Positions 1 to 10,125 of a stretch of 64,000 nucleotides of DNA are shown here, in pieces. The position numbers and the translations under genes are program-made. The notes beneath the pieces were generated by a model. It was given only the letters and a program-made list of their open reading frames with translations. It had not been told where the DNA came from and made no database searches. Each line of letters opens with the position of its first letter. Position 1 is the first letter of the stretch. Location of the stretch: positions 1 through 64,000 of IMG/VR virus record IMGVR_UViG_3300009154_000046; one strand, written 5' to 3'. The stretch comes from an uncultured virus (IMG/VR IMGVR_UViG_3300009154_000046) (lineage: Duplodnaviria > Heunggongvirae > Uroviricota > Caudoviricetes).

Positions 1-345
1 AAATTCAACTCCGGTCATTTTCTCAACTGCTTCTTTTACTGAATCCAGTCCTTCTTCATTTTCACAACTTCCGCAAGTAGTTCCTATTTCTCCTATCATT
101 TTTAATCTATAAGCACAATACGGGTTTGGTGTCTCACTATAATCCATAATTACATTATCAAGGTCATATCGGTCAGTACCATCTTTTGTAACCAATTCAC
201 CATCTCCATCACGTCTTAATTGAGCACTACGGCGATAACCACAATTATTACACATTACATATTCCTCACCCGTTTTATAATAAAAATCACTATGTGCTTC
301 ATGGCCGCAATTCGGGCAATCTATATAATCTATTACACTTCCCAT
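1..345 (-). CDS. partial Zn-ribbon hypothetical protein (runs off window start)
   Basis: ATG at 345, MGSVIDYIDCPNCGHEAH...CNNCG with two CxxC pairs; open to position 1. Confidence 0.75.
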   Translation of the reverse strand, partial: MGSVIDYIDCPNCGHEAHSDFYYKTGEEYVMCNNCGYRRSAQLRRDGDGELVTKDGTDRYDLDNVIMDYSETPNPYCAYRLKMIGEIGTTCGSCENEEGLDSVKEAVEKMTGVEF

Positions 346-390
346 TTTTTAAATTTTAACTTTTGAAAAATAACATTATACCAATCAATA

Positions 391-744
391 CTAATTGTTT
401 TGAGCTTTGGCCCACAAATACGCTTGAAATCTATCCATAAAATTCACTTTAGATTTTACTTCATCTAAACTGATTTTGGTATCACAAGCCTCGCCATTTA
501 CATTAGTACCAACTATAAGTCCATTACCGGCGAATGGTTGGTGCCCACCCTTTACAAAAAAGAACTCATTACATTCACTATTAAAGAGTCCTTCTTCATC
601 TACCATAATCGAGTCTTGCTCATCGAAGTATAATGCACATTCAACCATACCACAACCAATAGTTTCATACCAACTTTCCAGGTCACCGTTGATGTCTACT
701 TCCTTTACTTCTTTGTTTTTTGAGTCAATAAAAATTGCTTTCAT
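391..744 (-). CDS. DUF3846-like phage protein
   Basis: VDEEGL and PFAGNGLIVG motifs recalled from this family. Confidence 0.6.
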   Translation of the reverse strand: MKAIFIDSKNKEVKEVDINGDLESWYETIGCGMVECALYFDEQDSIMVDEEGLFNSECNEFFFVKGGHQPFAGNGLIVGTNVNGEACDTKISLDEVKSKVNFMDRFQAYLWAKAQNN

Positions 745-764
745 TTTGTTTTAAGTTTTAAGTT

Positions 765-1358
765 TTAATTAATTCCCATTGCTTTTCGGTATATACCTAA
801 CATTTTATTGGCTTCATCCCCACTTATTACAGCCAACTTAGTAACCGGCTGATTAAAATGTAAAGGAACAGTCGATGTTATATATTTCATATTTGTTTCA
901 ATGTATATATCCTCAGGTGTGAATCCAAAAATACCTTCACCATTAGTACCATAAGAACCATCTTCTGCCGGACTTGGAAGAACTGCAAGTTGTCCAACTG
1001 GTAAATCGTTTCCACTTCTTGAACCTGATATAATTTGCATTGTATTTGTTAATTGAGAATTAACTGAACTTACTTTATTTACTTGGTAATATCCTATTGG
1101 TTGCGCAACTCCTTCAATAAACACATACATATAAAACATTACGGAGCGGTCATTTTGTAACTTAAATCTTTTAGTAAGATTATCACGTTCCAAACTCCAT
1201 GTAATCGTTGGTGGTGGTTGTATCTTATTTAAGTTTTGCTGATTAAATTCAGTATGCGATTGTTCCTTAATTGCCGATGTATTATCGGGTGTATTTATAC
1301 GGTCACACGATACTAATACGATTGATACTACTAATACAATTGATAATAATTTTTTCAT
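765..1358 (-). CDS. putative lipoprotein
   Basis: signal peptide ending LVSC (lipobox); SPAEDGSYG motif. Confidence 0.65.
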   Translation of the reverse strand: MKKLLSIVLVVSIVLVSCDRINTPDNTSAIKEQSHTEFNQQNLNKIQPPPTITWSLERDNLTKRFKLQNDRSVMFYMYVFIEGVAQPIGYYQVNKVSSVNSQLTNTMQIISGSRSGNDLPVGQLAVLPSPAEDGSYGTNGEGIFGFTPEDIYIETNMKYITSTVPLHFNQPVTKLAVISGDEANKMLGIYRKAMGIN

Positions 1359-1373
1359 TTTGTTGTTTTTATT

Positions 1374-1763
1374 TTATTTATTATAATTTGAAAATTGATT
1401 TACGTCTAATTGATATGGTAGAGCGCTACTCTTCCAAACCTTTTTATCAATGTGCTTACTCTTAGCGTTGTATTCTTCGACCCATCTATTAAGATTTTGC
1501 TTAGTCGAATTGATACGTTGTGCTTTACTAAATTGGTCGAATTGTTTATCATTACCAGGTGTGGATTGAATGATACCCAAATCGGTATTTATTTTATTAC
1601 ATGTCGCATAGATGTCTTGATACTCATCATAACTAATCACTGCGTTTTCCATACTATTATACACATGATTCCGAAAGATGTCACACGACCTAAATGCGAA
1701 CGATACTACTGTAACCCCTATAAGGATTAATACTACTAACATAACTGTCCCAAATTTTCTCAT
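1374..1763 (-). CDS. membrane-anchored hypothetical protein
   Basis: N-terminal hydrophobic helix; co-oriented with the lipoprotein gene. Confidence 0.65.
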   Translation of the reverse strand: MRKFGTVMLVVLILIGVTVVSFAFRSCDIFRNHVYNSMENAVISYDEYQDIYATCNKINTDLGIIQSTPGNDKQFDQFSKAQRINSTKQNLNRWVEEYNAKSKHIDKKVWKSSALPYQLDVNQFSNYNK

Positions 1764-1779
1764 TTTTATTTGTTTTTAT

Positions 1780-2067
1780 TTAATTATCTAATAAATTTCT
1801 CCATATCTTCTGAGCTTCCCATGGATTGCTTACATACTCATTTACTTCTTTCATAGCTGACTCTACAGTTTCAAAAGCTATACTTTTACAGCCCACATTA
1901 ACCACACATCCTCTACTAAGGAATCTTAGTGTAATTTCATACTCCTGTAATACTTGTTGTTTACTTGGTCTATACTCTTTTTTATCTGGGTAGCGTTCTT
2001 CTACCGGCACTGGTTCGGGCATTGGTCCTTCCCAGCCTAATGGTGCTAATTTGTCAAAGCTTGGCAT
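1780..2067 (-). CDS. hypothetical protein
   Basis: ATG ORF in the minus-strand array. Confidence 0.65.
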   Translation of the reverse strand: MPSFDKLAPLGWEGPMPEPVPVEERYPDKKEYRPSKQQVLQEYEITLRFLSRGCVVNVGCKSIAFETVESAMKEVNEYVSNPWEAQKIWRNLLDN

Positions 2068-2096
2068 TTTACTTGTTTTTATGTTTGTTATTTAAT

Positions 2097-2279
2097 TTAG
2101 TTTTTAATTCCATCAATTACACTCGGGTAATAAAATGTATCTTCTATCTTTATAGAAAGAAGTTTACCACCGGTTTCGTTGTTATTAATTTCGTTTGCTT
2201 TTTCGGGTCTACTATCCCAAATAATTCCGTCCAATGATACTTTGTACTCTGATAATCTTTTAAATGATTTTAATTCCAT
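2097..2279 (-). CDS. hypothetical protein
   Basis: short ORF with A-rich leader. Confidence 0.55.
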   Translation of the reverse strand: MELKSFKRLSEYKVSLDGIIWDSRPEKANEINNNETGGKLLSIKIEDTFYYPSVIDGIKN

Positions 2280-2319
2280 AACTTTACTTTTTGTTTTATT
2301 GTTTATAATTGATTTATTT

Positions 2320-2727
2320 TTAAATTGTTCTTTTTAGTCCACACTTCCTACATTCTTCCTCACCGGAATATGAAGAGTCATTATTGATTGCTACCCAATC
2401 ACAACCGAAACATACATCGGTATTTGATGTTATTGTACCGGGTTCGGTATCACTAATCAATTCAATAGTTGAATCGCCACCATTATCACCGGGCTCCATA
2501 ATATCTTCGGTTTCGTAAAGATGCTCTTGCTCCGAAAATGTTTCACTACATAAATTATCATGAAATGCCTCAATCATTTCCTTACGAGCCGCTTCATAAC
2601 TTTCAGCCTGAATGTTGTGCGTTTCCCTAATCCATACCGTTACTTTTTTATCAACATAGAAACTGAAATCTTGTTTATCAATGTGCTCCATATTCTCGTT
2701 GTGTTTACCATCTCCGTAAATTGCCAT
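2320..2727 (-). CDS. hypothetical protein with C-terminal CxxC pairs
   Basis: acidic ORF; CFGC...CRKC. Confidence 0.65.
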   Translation of the reverse strand: MAIYGDGKHNENMEHIDKQDFSFYVDKKVTVWIRETHNIQAESYEAARKEMIEAFHDNLCSETFSEQEHLYETEDIMEPGDNGGDSTIELISDTEPGTITSNTDVCFGCDWVAINNDSSYSGEEECRKCGLKRTI

Positions 2728-2739
2728 ATTGTTTTGTTT

Positions 2740-3018
2740 TTATTTGTTATCTAATTTTTCAATAAATGCGAAAGGATGTGCTAAAGCAATCACTCTTAAA
2801 TGCGATATACAGTCGCCATCTGCACTACTAATAGCCCCTCTTAAATCATTGTTACAAATTGCTTGAACAAACGAACCACCCTGCATAATACCATCCCTAG
2901 TCAACATTACTGATGCGATTACATCAACAATATGGTCGGTATATGTGTAAGTTCCGCAATTGTGTAGATGTTTTTTAGCAGCATCTATATACTGCTCTCT
3001 TTGTTTTTGAAAATCCAT
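2740..3018 (-). CDS. hypothetical protein
   Basis: GGSFVQAICNNDL motif seen in small phage proteins. Confidence 0.65.
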   Translation of the reverse strand: MDFQKQREQYIDAAKKHLHNCGTYTYTDHIVDVIASVMLTRDGIMQGGSFVQAICNNDLRGAISSADGDCISHLRVIALAHPFAFIEKLDNK

Positions 3019-3022
3019 AGTT

Positions 3023-3349
3023 TTATATTAAGTTGGTTTTAATTAGTGTTTTTAGAATATCTTTTATGAAATGATTAATGAATAAATCCAAATCTTTCAT
3101 TAGATGCGGTATTAGTACCGCATCGGTTGCTAATACAGTACCACTTCTACCATTACCAGGTAGACACTTTATCAATGCGTATGTTTCTTTTCGCCAATCA
3201 ATATCAAAAAGTAATGGATTATATTTACGGTTATCACTATAAATCCACATATCGCCTAGTTCAGTAGAGTCTACTTCGATATAAAAATCATTTTCATTAA
3301 TTTTAAATTTAACACCATCTATTTTATTAAAGTTTATTGGTATATTCAT
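3023..3349 (-). CDS. hypothetical protein
   Basis: tightly packed ORF. Confidence 0.6.
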   Translation of the reverse strand: MNIPINFNKIDGVKFKINENDFYIEVDSTELGDMWIYSDNRKYNPLLFDIDWRKETYALIKCLPGNGRSGTVLATDAVLIPHLMKDLDLFINHFIKDILKTLIKTNLI

Positions 3350-3366
3350 TGTATGAGTTTTAGTTA

Positions 3367-3789
3367 TTAATATTCTTCTTCATCTTCTTCCGTATCATCA
3401 TCGTAAAAGAAGCCCTGAAATTCACAATTCTCAGGTCCTTTCGGGTCATATTGCCAACCCTCAGCCATCTCAACTAAATTCGGAAACTTCACTTCGGTAT
3501 TATCACCATTCGGCGAGTCTTTAAACGCCAAATTAATTCCATACTCTCTAGCTTGATCGGTGTATTGTTCACCATGCGTTTCGTAACTAATATCGGATGC
3601 GTACCCATTCATTTCAGCCAATAGTTCGTAGTAGTCCTTACCCATAAATACACCATAGCCTTCGTAATCATCTTCAGTCCATACATTACCTTTATCATCT
3701 AACATTTGAACACGAAAGGTACTATGTGTTGAATACTGGTTAGCTATACTAACATCAGTGTCTTGCGTTTTCCAACTAAAAAATCCCAT
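3367..3789 (-). CDS. hypothetical protein
   Basis: MGFFSW start, YEGYGVF motif, acidic tail. Confidence 0.7.
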   Translation of the reverse strand: MGFFSWKTQDTDVSIANQYSTHSTFRVQMLDDKGNVWTEDDYEGYGVFMGKDYYELLAEMNGYASDISYETHGEQYTDQAREYGINLAFKDSPNGDNTEVKFPNLVEMAEGWQYDPKGPENCEFQGFFYDDDTEEDEEEY

Positions 3790-3810
3790 ATTATTTTGTT
3801 TTAAGTTTGA

Positions 3811-3996
3811 TTAATTAAAGTATAAAAATTCTACACAGTCTGCGTGGTTGTATTTACCAATATCCTGAAAGTGTGAATATGCTCCATCAGCATCCGATAT
3901 ATCAACTACTGTTCTAACTTCACTTACTAAATTACTACCAAAGATGTCAATTGCTTCGGTTATCAAATCATTACTTGTCAAGTTCAAATCTTTCAT
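3811..3996 (-). CDS. hypothetical protein
   Basis: short ORF in array. Confidence 0.55.
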   Translation of the reverse strand: MKDLNLTSNDLITEAIDIFGSNLVSEVRTVVDISDADGAYSHFQDIGKYNHADCVEFLYFN

Positions 3997-4009
3997 TTTT
4001 ATTTTTGTT

Positions 4010-4360
4010 TTAAGTTTTTATTTTTGTATAATGCTTTATTATAAGATCAAGAAATTCTAAAAATATATGGGGTGATTGTAGATTGAGTTCCCAAATCGTA
4101 GAATCTTTACAAACATCATCAGGGCCTGTATTTTCCCAAAAACATATTGGATATGCCATAAAGGATTGCCAACGTTTATACTCGCCTTTTCTATTAATCT
4201 TTAGGAAAAACTCTCTACCAGGCCTATCCGTATGTGTAAAGACAATATCGTATGTATGTGCTGTGTGTGGATAGCTATAATTTGGTGTGTGTATTGCTAA
4301 TACGTTTGCCTTATACCCATCCATTCGTATTATCTTGTTTATATTCTTAATGCTTAGCAT
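4010..4360 (-). CDS. hypothetical protein
   Basis: ORF overlapping the upstream stop. Confidence 0.6.
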   Translation of the reverse strand: MLSIKNINKIIRMDGYKANVLAIHTPNYSYPHTAHTYDIVFTHTDRPGREFFLKINRKGEYKRWQSFMAYPICFWENTGPDDVCKDSTIWELNLQSPHIFLEFLDLIIKHYTKIKT

Positions 4361-5006
4361 AATTTTCAGTTATTTCGTGATGATCAAATTTAAACATTGA
4401 TTTAATAGGCTGGTCTTTCATAATCGAAACCACTTCGCTCATATCAATTGGATACAATTTATTACCGTCAACTCCAACATCCATCATCTTACCCGTACCA
4501 ATTCGTTTATCAGCCGTAAAGTGTACGTGTCCGTGTAAGTGGATAGCCCCTCTAGCCATATTATCCCACGATGCTATTGGAAAGTGCATCAAAGCAAATC
4601 GGTATTCCTTAGCTGCCAAAGTACCTACATTAGTTTTCACTACGAGGTTTTGGTATTTACTAACCGATGCGAATAAGGATTGACATCCATCTCTATTATT
4701 TTCAATGTGGTGGTCGTGGTTACCTGTAATGATATGTACATTCTGGCACACAATACGATTTCTAAATTCCTCAATCATTTCAAATCCACCAAACGACCAA
4801 TCTCCCAAATGAAATAGAATATCATTCTGCCCTACCACTTCATTGATGTTACCAACCAAAGTAGCGTTCATATGCTCCAATGATTTAAACTCTCTACAAG
4901 TCACCGGGTCAATCCATTTAGTAGTAGCTGAACAAATATTATCGTGATTATAATGTGTATCAGATGTAAAGAATAACCTTTGTCCTTTATTTAATGTTAG
5001 TTTCAT
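4347..5006 (-). CDS. calcineurin-like metallophosphoesterase
   Basis: SDTH, LGD, GNHD, HGHVH motifs. Confidence 0.9.
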   Translation of the reverse strand: MKLTLNKGQRLFFTSDTHYNHDNICSATTKWIDPVTCREFKSLEHMNATLVGNINEVVGQNDILFHLGDWSFGGFEMIEEFRNRIVCQNVHIITGNHDHHIENNRDGCQSLFASVSKYQNLVVKTNVGTLAAKEYRFALMHFPIASWDNMARGAIHLHGHVHFTADKRIGTGKMMDVGVDGNKLYPIDMSEVVSIMKDQPIKSMFKFDHHEITENYAKH

Positions 5007-5325
5007 CTTTTTTTGTTTTTATATGTTTACAATCTTTACCCCTACCGAATCCATGTGCCGGGCAACTACAACTCCAAAACCCTTCATCATTTACAACCCG
5101 ATATGTGTTGCCCTTACTTCCCTGTACTTTCCATTCCATCTTCACTTTGATATATTTGGATTTAGCTTCGGTTTTAACCATTTCCAATTTTTCCCACATT
5201 GGTTTAATTTCATTCCAAGAATATGGCCTATCAACTTTGTGCCATACACCACCCGCGATAATATACCAACATTTACTATAATCACCATATACACATACTG
5301 GTGGATATAAACTTTTGAATTTCAT
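4987..5325 (-). CDS. SWIM-type zinc finger protein
   Basis: GSKGNTYRV...CSCP...CKH. Confidence 0.75.
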   Translation of the reverse strand: MKFKSLYPPVCVYGDYSKCWYIIAGGVWHKVDRPYSWNEIKPMWEKLEMVKTEAKSKYIKVKMEWKVQGSKGNTYRVVNDEGFWSCSCPAHGFGRGKDCKHIKTKKDETNIK

Positions 5326-5389
5326 AATTATTTTTTAGATGTGTGTTGTTTTGAATAGAAATGTAATTTGTGTTAAACCAAATATGGTA

Positions 5390-5755
5390 TTACCACCAGC
5401 TTGTGTAATACACATACTCACCTTCTTCGATTGCTTTTAAAGCTTCTTCAACAAACTTCATATCGTTTTCCATATCTTCACGCGAAGATTCTCCAAAGAA
5501 AAATCCTGAAGTTTCTGGCAGAGAATTTGTTTTTAAATCTTCGTACAAATCCTTTAAATCCTGAAGGGTTAATTCCAAATTAACACAATTAAATGAATCA
5601 CTACCACCTTTAGCATAGTATAGGGTTTCCATCCAACCATGTAAGTTAGGATGTTTACGCCAATATTGTATTTGAGCATCGTTATCATCCCCTTTAAAAT
5701 CCGTTTCAGTTTCAGGCTTTACTTTTGTTCTGTAAGCGTACATGTCTAGTCCCAT
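5390..5755 (-). CDS. conserved phage hypothetical protein
   Basis: MGLDMY, YWRKHPNLHGWM, GFFFG, YYTSWW motifs. Confidence 0.75.
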   Translation of the reverse strand: MGLDMYAYRTKVKPETETDFKGDDNDAQIQYWRKHPNLHGWMETLYYAKGGSDSFNCVNLELTLQDLKDLYEDLKTNSLPETSGFFFGESSREDMENDMKFVEEALKAIEEGEYVYYTSWW

Positions 5756-5800
5756 AATGTTTGTTTTTAAATTTTAAATTTTAATAATTGATTCAGTGTT

Positions 5801-6163
5801 TCAGCTAAGCATATCAAAAAGATAATTTACTCCAATGTAAGTCCATTTTGCTGTACCATCGGTGATATTGCCTCTGGCGTGTTTAGCGGGTGCTTTCCAA
5901 GTTGCCGGTTTCAATAAGTCGCCCTTCTTAATAGGTACTCCTTTGTGGTCGCCATCAACTCTACTAATGAAACCCCAACAACGAGTCCCAGTCCATAGTC
6001 TGATAAACTTATTACCAATATCAGCCCTAATATATTCAGGGGTTAAATTAGTAAGATATTTTTCGTAGTATGTTTTGATTGCTTCGTTCACTTCAACAAT
6101 AAACCCTTTTACGATTGGATTGTTATCTAAGTAGTCTATATCTTTTTGTGTATCGCCTTTCAT
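5801..6163 (-). CDS. conserved phage hypothetical protein
   Basis: GDLLKPATWKAPAKHARGNI motif. Confidence 0.7.
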   Translation of the reverse strand: MKGDTQKDIDYLDNNPIVKGFIVEVNEAIKTYYEKYLTNLTPEYIRADIGNKFIRLWTGTRCWGFISRVDGDHKGVPIKKGDLLKPATWKAPAKHARGNITDGTAKWTYIGVNYLFDMLS

Positions 6164-6164
6164 A

Positions 6165-6542
6165 TTAGTTTAAGTTTATGTTATTCAGATTTAATGATTG
6201 TAGTATGCTATCACCCGTACTAATCCTTTCTTCTTTTTGTATTTCAGTTTCAATACCCCTCACAATATTTGTTAATTGAACTCTCAAATTGGAAATACCA
6301 AGCTCCAATTTCGCATCCTCACACACACTATCTATAGCTGCATCAAATGAATCAATTAAATATATATCTTCGGGTATCATCGATGAATTTATCATACTAA
6401 TCATTGCCGCTGCTACATGCGTACGCACATTGATAGGAACTTGCCCGTCAAACCCTTTTAAAATCTTCACTAAAGTAACGGCCATTGAAATACGTTGTTC
6501 ATTTGTTTTTTCAATCCTGCTTTGTATTTTTTGATTATTCAT
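6165..6542 (-). CDS. hypothetical protein
   Basis: ORF in array. Confidence 0.6.
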   Translation of the reverse strand: MNNQKIQSRIEKTNEQRISMAVTLVKILKGFDGQVPINVRTHVAAAMISMINSSMIPEDIYLIDSFDAAIDSVCEDAKLELGISNLRVQLTNIVRGIETEIQKEERISTGDSILQSLNLNNINLN

Positions 6543-6717
6543 ATTTTTTTGTTAGTTGTTTAAATATTAAGTAATAGTATTTAGGTGTATTTAATGTAGC
6601 AAGTATCAATACAATTGGAAACATACACAATGTAATTTCTATTTGTTTGTTCACTTCGTATATTATCGGCAATGTAACCAATAACCATGCAATTAGTAGT
6701 ATCATTTGATTTGTTTA

Positions 6718-6996
6718 TTAATTATGTTTCATACCACGACAAACACCATAGCCCTGTCGTTGTGCCAACCTTACAATGTTATCGGCAATATCTTTTGGTA
6801 GTATTTGAATTGTGTTACCTGTTTTATGATTTGTAATAGGTGCTCCGCCAACACGTTCTACGGTGGAACAATTAACACAATCTCTATAACCATACTTTAC
6901 TTTACGAAGTAGCGGCATATCACCACCACATTTTGTACAACTAATCATTTCTAATTTTTGTTTCACTATCATATATTTACTTTTAAAGGTTATCAT
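6718..6996 (-). CDS. DksA/TraR-like C4 zinc-finger protein
   Basis: CTKCGGDMPLLR...CVNC; start may be the internal Met. Confidence 0.45.
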   Translation of the reverse strand: MITFKSKYMIVKQKLEMISCTKCGGDMPLLRKVKYGYRDCVNCSTVERVGGAPITNHKTGNTIQILPKDIADNIVRLAQRQGYGVCRGMKHN

Positions 6997-7195
6997 TTTT
7001 ATATTGTCCGTTCACCACTCTATCTTCTTCGGTGAAACCGGCGGAGTCATATTCAGGTCCTACATCTTCCAACTCATTGATTTTACTTTTAAGAGAATCA
7101 ATTTTAGTTTGTCTGGCATACTTACCCATATTATTTACGGGAGTCATTTCTTGCCATTGCTTCAATTCTTTTTTCAATTCATTAATCTTATTCAT
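6983..7195 (-). CDS. hypothetical protein
   Basis: ORF in array; YDSAGFTEEDR motif. Confidence 0.6.
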   Translation of the reverse strand: MNKINELKKELKQWQEMTPVNNMGKYARQTKIDSLKSKINELEDVGPEYDSAGFTEEDRVVNGQYKNDNL

Positions 7196-7196
7196 A

Positions 7197-8030
7197 TTAT
7201 TTCACTTTGGTTTTAGTTTTAGATTTTATTTCTATCGGTGCGTAAACACTAAACTGGCTATCCATAGGAATAATAAATTTATTATTAGCCGTATCAATTT
7301 TGTTACGAACTTTCTTAAACTTAAGTCCTACAATAACACCTTGCTCGTCAATGTGCCTCATATCATATGCATCACCGTCAATTACTTTGTAACCCATAAA
7401 TTCAATAGGTAGCACTTTACCTTCAAATACCATAGCCACACGTCCTTTATTACTATTCAACAATTCTAAACATTGAAACATATTATATCCGCTGAATGAA
7501 TAAGTCAAATCGTAGTTAGTGTATTTATCTAACATACGGAAACGTTTGGCAACTTTTGTATAGTCATAGAAGATAACATCATCAAACAGGTCAAATATAA
7601 CTTTACCATTATGTTTGAATGTTGTAGGTTCAATATCCGATGTACCATTTAACCTTACTGAAAACGTATAACCTTTACTTTCAGCATCTGCTTTAGCTTT
7701 CTCAATTTCAGTCACTAACCAACCCATAAAGAATGCTCTTTCTTCAAAGAACAATTTAGTTTTTTTGATACGAGCTTTATTGATTGCGTTTTTCTTTACA
7801 TCGATACGATTATGACCCGATTCAGTCAAACAAGCTTCGGTACATTCTGCAGTACGCATCGGGCAAACTTCATAACCACTTTGATTAGCCGGCGCAAGAT
7901 ATAAAATATAAGTCATTTCGTTATACTTTAAACCTTTAGCTATCTTCGATGAAGAAGCAACCGAACCTAAATAAGATAATCCTGTAACTTTTTTGGCGTT
8001 ACCAACCGTAGTAAATTGTAATGTACTCAT
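7197..8030 (-). CDS. GP88-like protein (radical-SAM-like Cys motif)
   Basis: CPMRTAECTEAC, VRLNGTSDI, FYDYTK, DGDAYDMR motifs. Confidence 0.7.
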   Translation of the reverse strand: MSTLQFTTVGNAKKVTGLSYLGSVASSSKIAKGLKYNEMTYILYLAPANQSGYEVCPMRTAECTEACLTESGHNRIDVKKNAINKARIKKTKLFFEERAFFMGWLVTEIEKAKADAESKGYTFSVRLNGTSDIEPTTFKHNGKVIFDLFDDVIFYDYTKVAKRFRMLDKYTNYDLTYSFSGYNMFQCLELLNSNKGRVAMVFEGKVLPIEFMGYKVIDGDAYDMRHIDEQGVIVGLKFKKVRNKIDTANNKFIIPMDSQFSVYAPIEIKSKTKTKVK

Positions 8031-8066
8031 ATTGTTATTGATTTAATTATCAGATAATAGTGTAAT

Positions 8067-8270
8067 GGCATTACTTAGATGCCTTTACTTTGTAAAGATA
8101 CAACTTATCTTGGACATGGCCTAATGTTTTTGAAAGAATGTTTATTGATTATCAACAGGTTAGCTAGAGATGCCCCTAAAAACACGTAACCCATTGATAG
8201 TCAATAAAGCATTTTATCATTGATTATCAACGGGTTACTTAAAATTACCTAAAAACCTGGTATTTTTAGC
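8067..8270 (-). promoter_or_regulatory. promoter plus palindromic element, copy 1 (three arms)
   Basis: TTAG-N20-TATCTTTA at 8093-8124; arms 8141-8162, 8187-8208, 8219-8238 built on TTGAT-N-ATCAA. Confidence 0.8.
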
Positions 8271-8276
8271 TAAAAA

Positions 8277-8894
8277 CTAGCATGCGTACGGGTTTATGCT
8301 CTCTGGCCAATAATCTTCATCATCTGATACTGGTTCATTTGTATCGCTAAAGTACCATTTTTGAGTTTCGTTATTATATAGAACTGTACGGTTAGTTTCG
8401 TGATCAGAATATATGTAATCTCCAATTTCAGATCCGGTACACTCGCCATTTTCATAATCAACAAAACCACAAAAACTCACACCCGGTTCTTCGTATATCA
8501 GATGAAATGATAACTCAGGAAATTGCGCTGATATTTTATCCAACCATGCAACCGGTGGTCCCCACGCAGTATCAAAACACAAAATTAGATTTTGGTCATC
8601 ATTGACGGTGATGACACTTCCGGAAGCATCCCACTTTGTTCCCCAATTAGATATACGCCACATATACCAATCACTTGACCCGTATTTTTTGATTAAGGCC
8701 TCATAATTTTCACTTTGTTCAAAAACATTTTCTTCAAATAATTCCAGCGGAGTTGGTAATAAGTTATTGAATGTAAACTCCGCATCCCAATCTGGGTGTT
8801 CTTTGTTAGGTATTAATACCGCCTGTTTAAATTCTTTTAATCGTTCTACGTTTGTTGAATGTACATCTAATGTGTTACTGCACCAATTTGGCAT
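8277..8894 (-). CDS. YubB/DUF1281 ferredoxin-like fold protein
   Basis: MPNWCSN, WRISNWGTKW, FDTAWGPP, YEEPG motifs. Confidence 0.75.
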   Translation of the reverse strand: MPNWCSNTLDVHSTNVERLKEFKQAVLIPNKEHPDWDAEFTFNNLLPTPLELFEENVFEQSENYEALIKKYGSSDWYMWRISNWGTKWDASGSVITVNDDQNLILCFDTAWGPPVAWLDKISAQFPELSFHLIYEEPGVSFCGFVDYENGECTGSEIGDYIYSDHETNRTVLYNNETQKWYFSDTNEPVSDDEDYWPESINPYAC

Positions 8895-8905
8895 GTTGTT
8901 TAATT

Positions 8906-10099
8906 TTAAAGTTTATCTAAATTTATTATTATATTGTTTTTATTTTCGTATAAAGCACCATAAATAATTCTCATATCTTTTTTATGGTTTTTTAAAATTG
9001 TTTGTAGTCCAACTGTATGACCCGCTGCTCCAACTTTCTTCCAATCTTCCTTCATCAAATTGGTAAAACAAACAAACCATCTGTCCATATCTTCATTGTA
9101 GGTTACTAATATATATTTACCTTCACGTATACCTTGGCCACCTTGCCATTGTGTTTGAGTTCCTTTGTAAGTAGCTACTTTAATCTCAACCCTATCATCT
9201 ATATCTTTATGGAATATATCCGGATCAGACCAGTGACCTTTCGCCGTAACAACATCATGCCCATCGGCTCGTAACAGAGCGCCACCTATTGTCATAATAG
9301 TATCAGATACAATCCCTGCTATCCTAGCTGGTTCAAAATCATATAAAGGATTATAATCTTCATCGCCAATCTTTACTTCTAATCCATACATTCTATTCAT
9401 ATAGCTAGATGTCCTTGCCATTAGTTTTTTAAATAAAGTATCGGTATATATACCATCCCAATCATAGGTTAAATTTTGAGATGTTTTTACCTTCACACCA
9501 GTCTTACCAGTTGCCTCATCATAGGCAGCTTTTATAGTAATATCATCATCATCAATAAGTTTAAGCAATGATGGCTTCTCTATAAGAATTGTATTTAATT
9601 TATCCAAAGTAGCCCTTGTTGTTTCCAATCTTTTTATATGTGCATTTTGAATTGAATTAGGACGCTTTGTTCCAAACTCTATTTCATACGCATCATTCAT
9701 CTTATTAAACTCGTTCAATTTAATTGACCAAGTCATTTTACGATAAAGATTTGTACTCGTTATTGTGGTATATGTCTGATATGGTTTATTAGGATCGGGG
9801 TATGGCTCATCGGAATATTCTACCCATAATAACTCAACATCGGCCCTCGGAGCAGCGGCAAGACGTGTATTACCGGCTTCGACTAATCCATCTTTCCAAA
9901 TCAATACAGGTTGCTGATTTGGACATAGCTTTTTAGAAACTCTTTTACGGTATGTATCTGCTATTTCTTGAATCTTACTTCTTTCTTCGTTTGTATCAGC
10001 ATAGACTACGGGATTGAATGGGTTTATTTTCAAATCCTTTACATAGGCGTATCTTTTGCCGCTAATGATTTCTAATTTAATTGTTTTACCTTTGCTCAT
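8906..10099 (-). CDS. ParB/Srx-like N-terminal domain fused to a PD-(D/E)xK nuclease-like domain
   Basis: LKINPFN...QPVLI...AGNTRLAA in the N-terminus; PDI...VEIK near the C-terminus. Confidence 0.55.
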   Translation of the reverse strand: MSKGKTIKLEIISGKRYAYVKDLKINPFNPVVYADTNEERSKIQEIADTYRKRVSKKLCPNQQPVLIWKDGLVEAGNTRLAAAPRADVELLWVEYSDEPYPDPNKPYQTYTTITSTNLYRKMTWSIKLNEFNKMNDAYEIEFGTKRPNSIQNAHIKRLETTRATLDKLNTILIEKPSLLKLIDDDDITIKAAYDEATGKTGVKVKTSQNLTYDWDGIYTDTLFKKLMARTSSYMNRMYGLEVKIGDEDYNPLYDFEPARIAGIVSDTIMTIGGALLRADGHDVVTAKGHWSDPDIFHKDIDDRVEIKVATYKGTQTQWQGGQGIREGKYILVTYNEDMDRWFVCFTNLMKEDWKKVGAAGHTVGLQTILKNHKKDMRIIYGALYENKNNIIINLDKL

Positions 10100-10125
10100 T
10101 GTTTTTAAATTTTAAGTTTTAAAGT

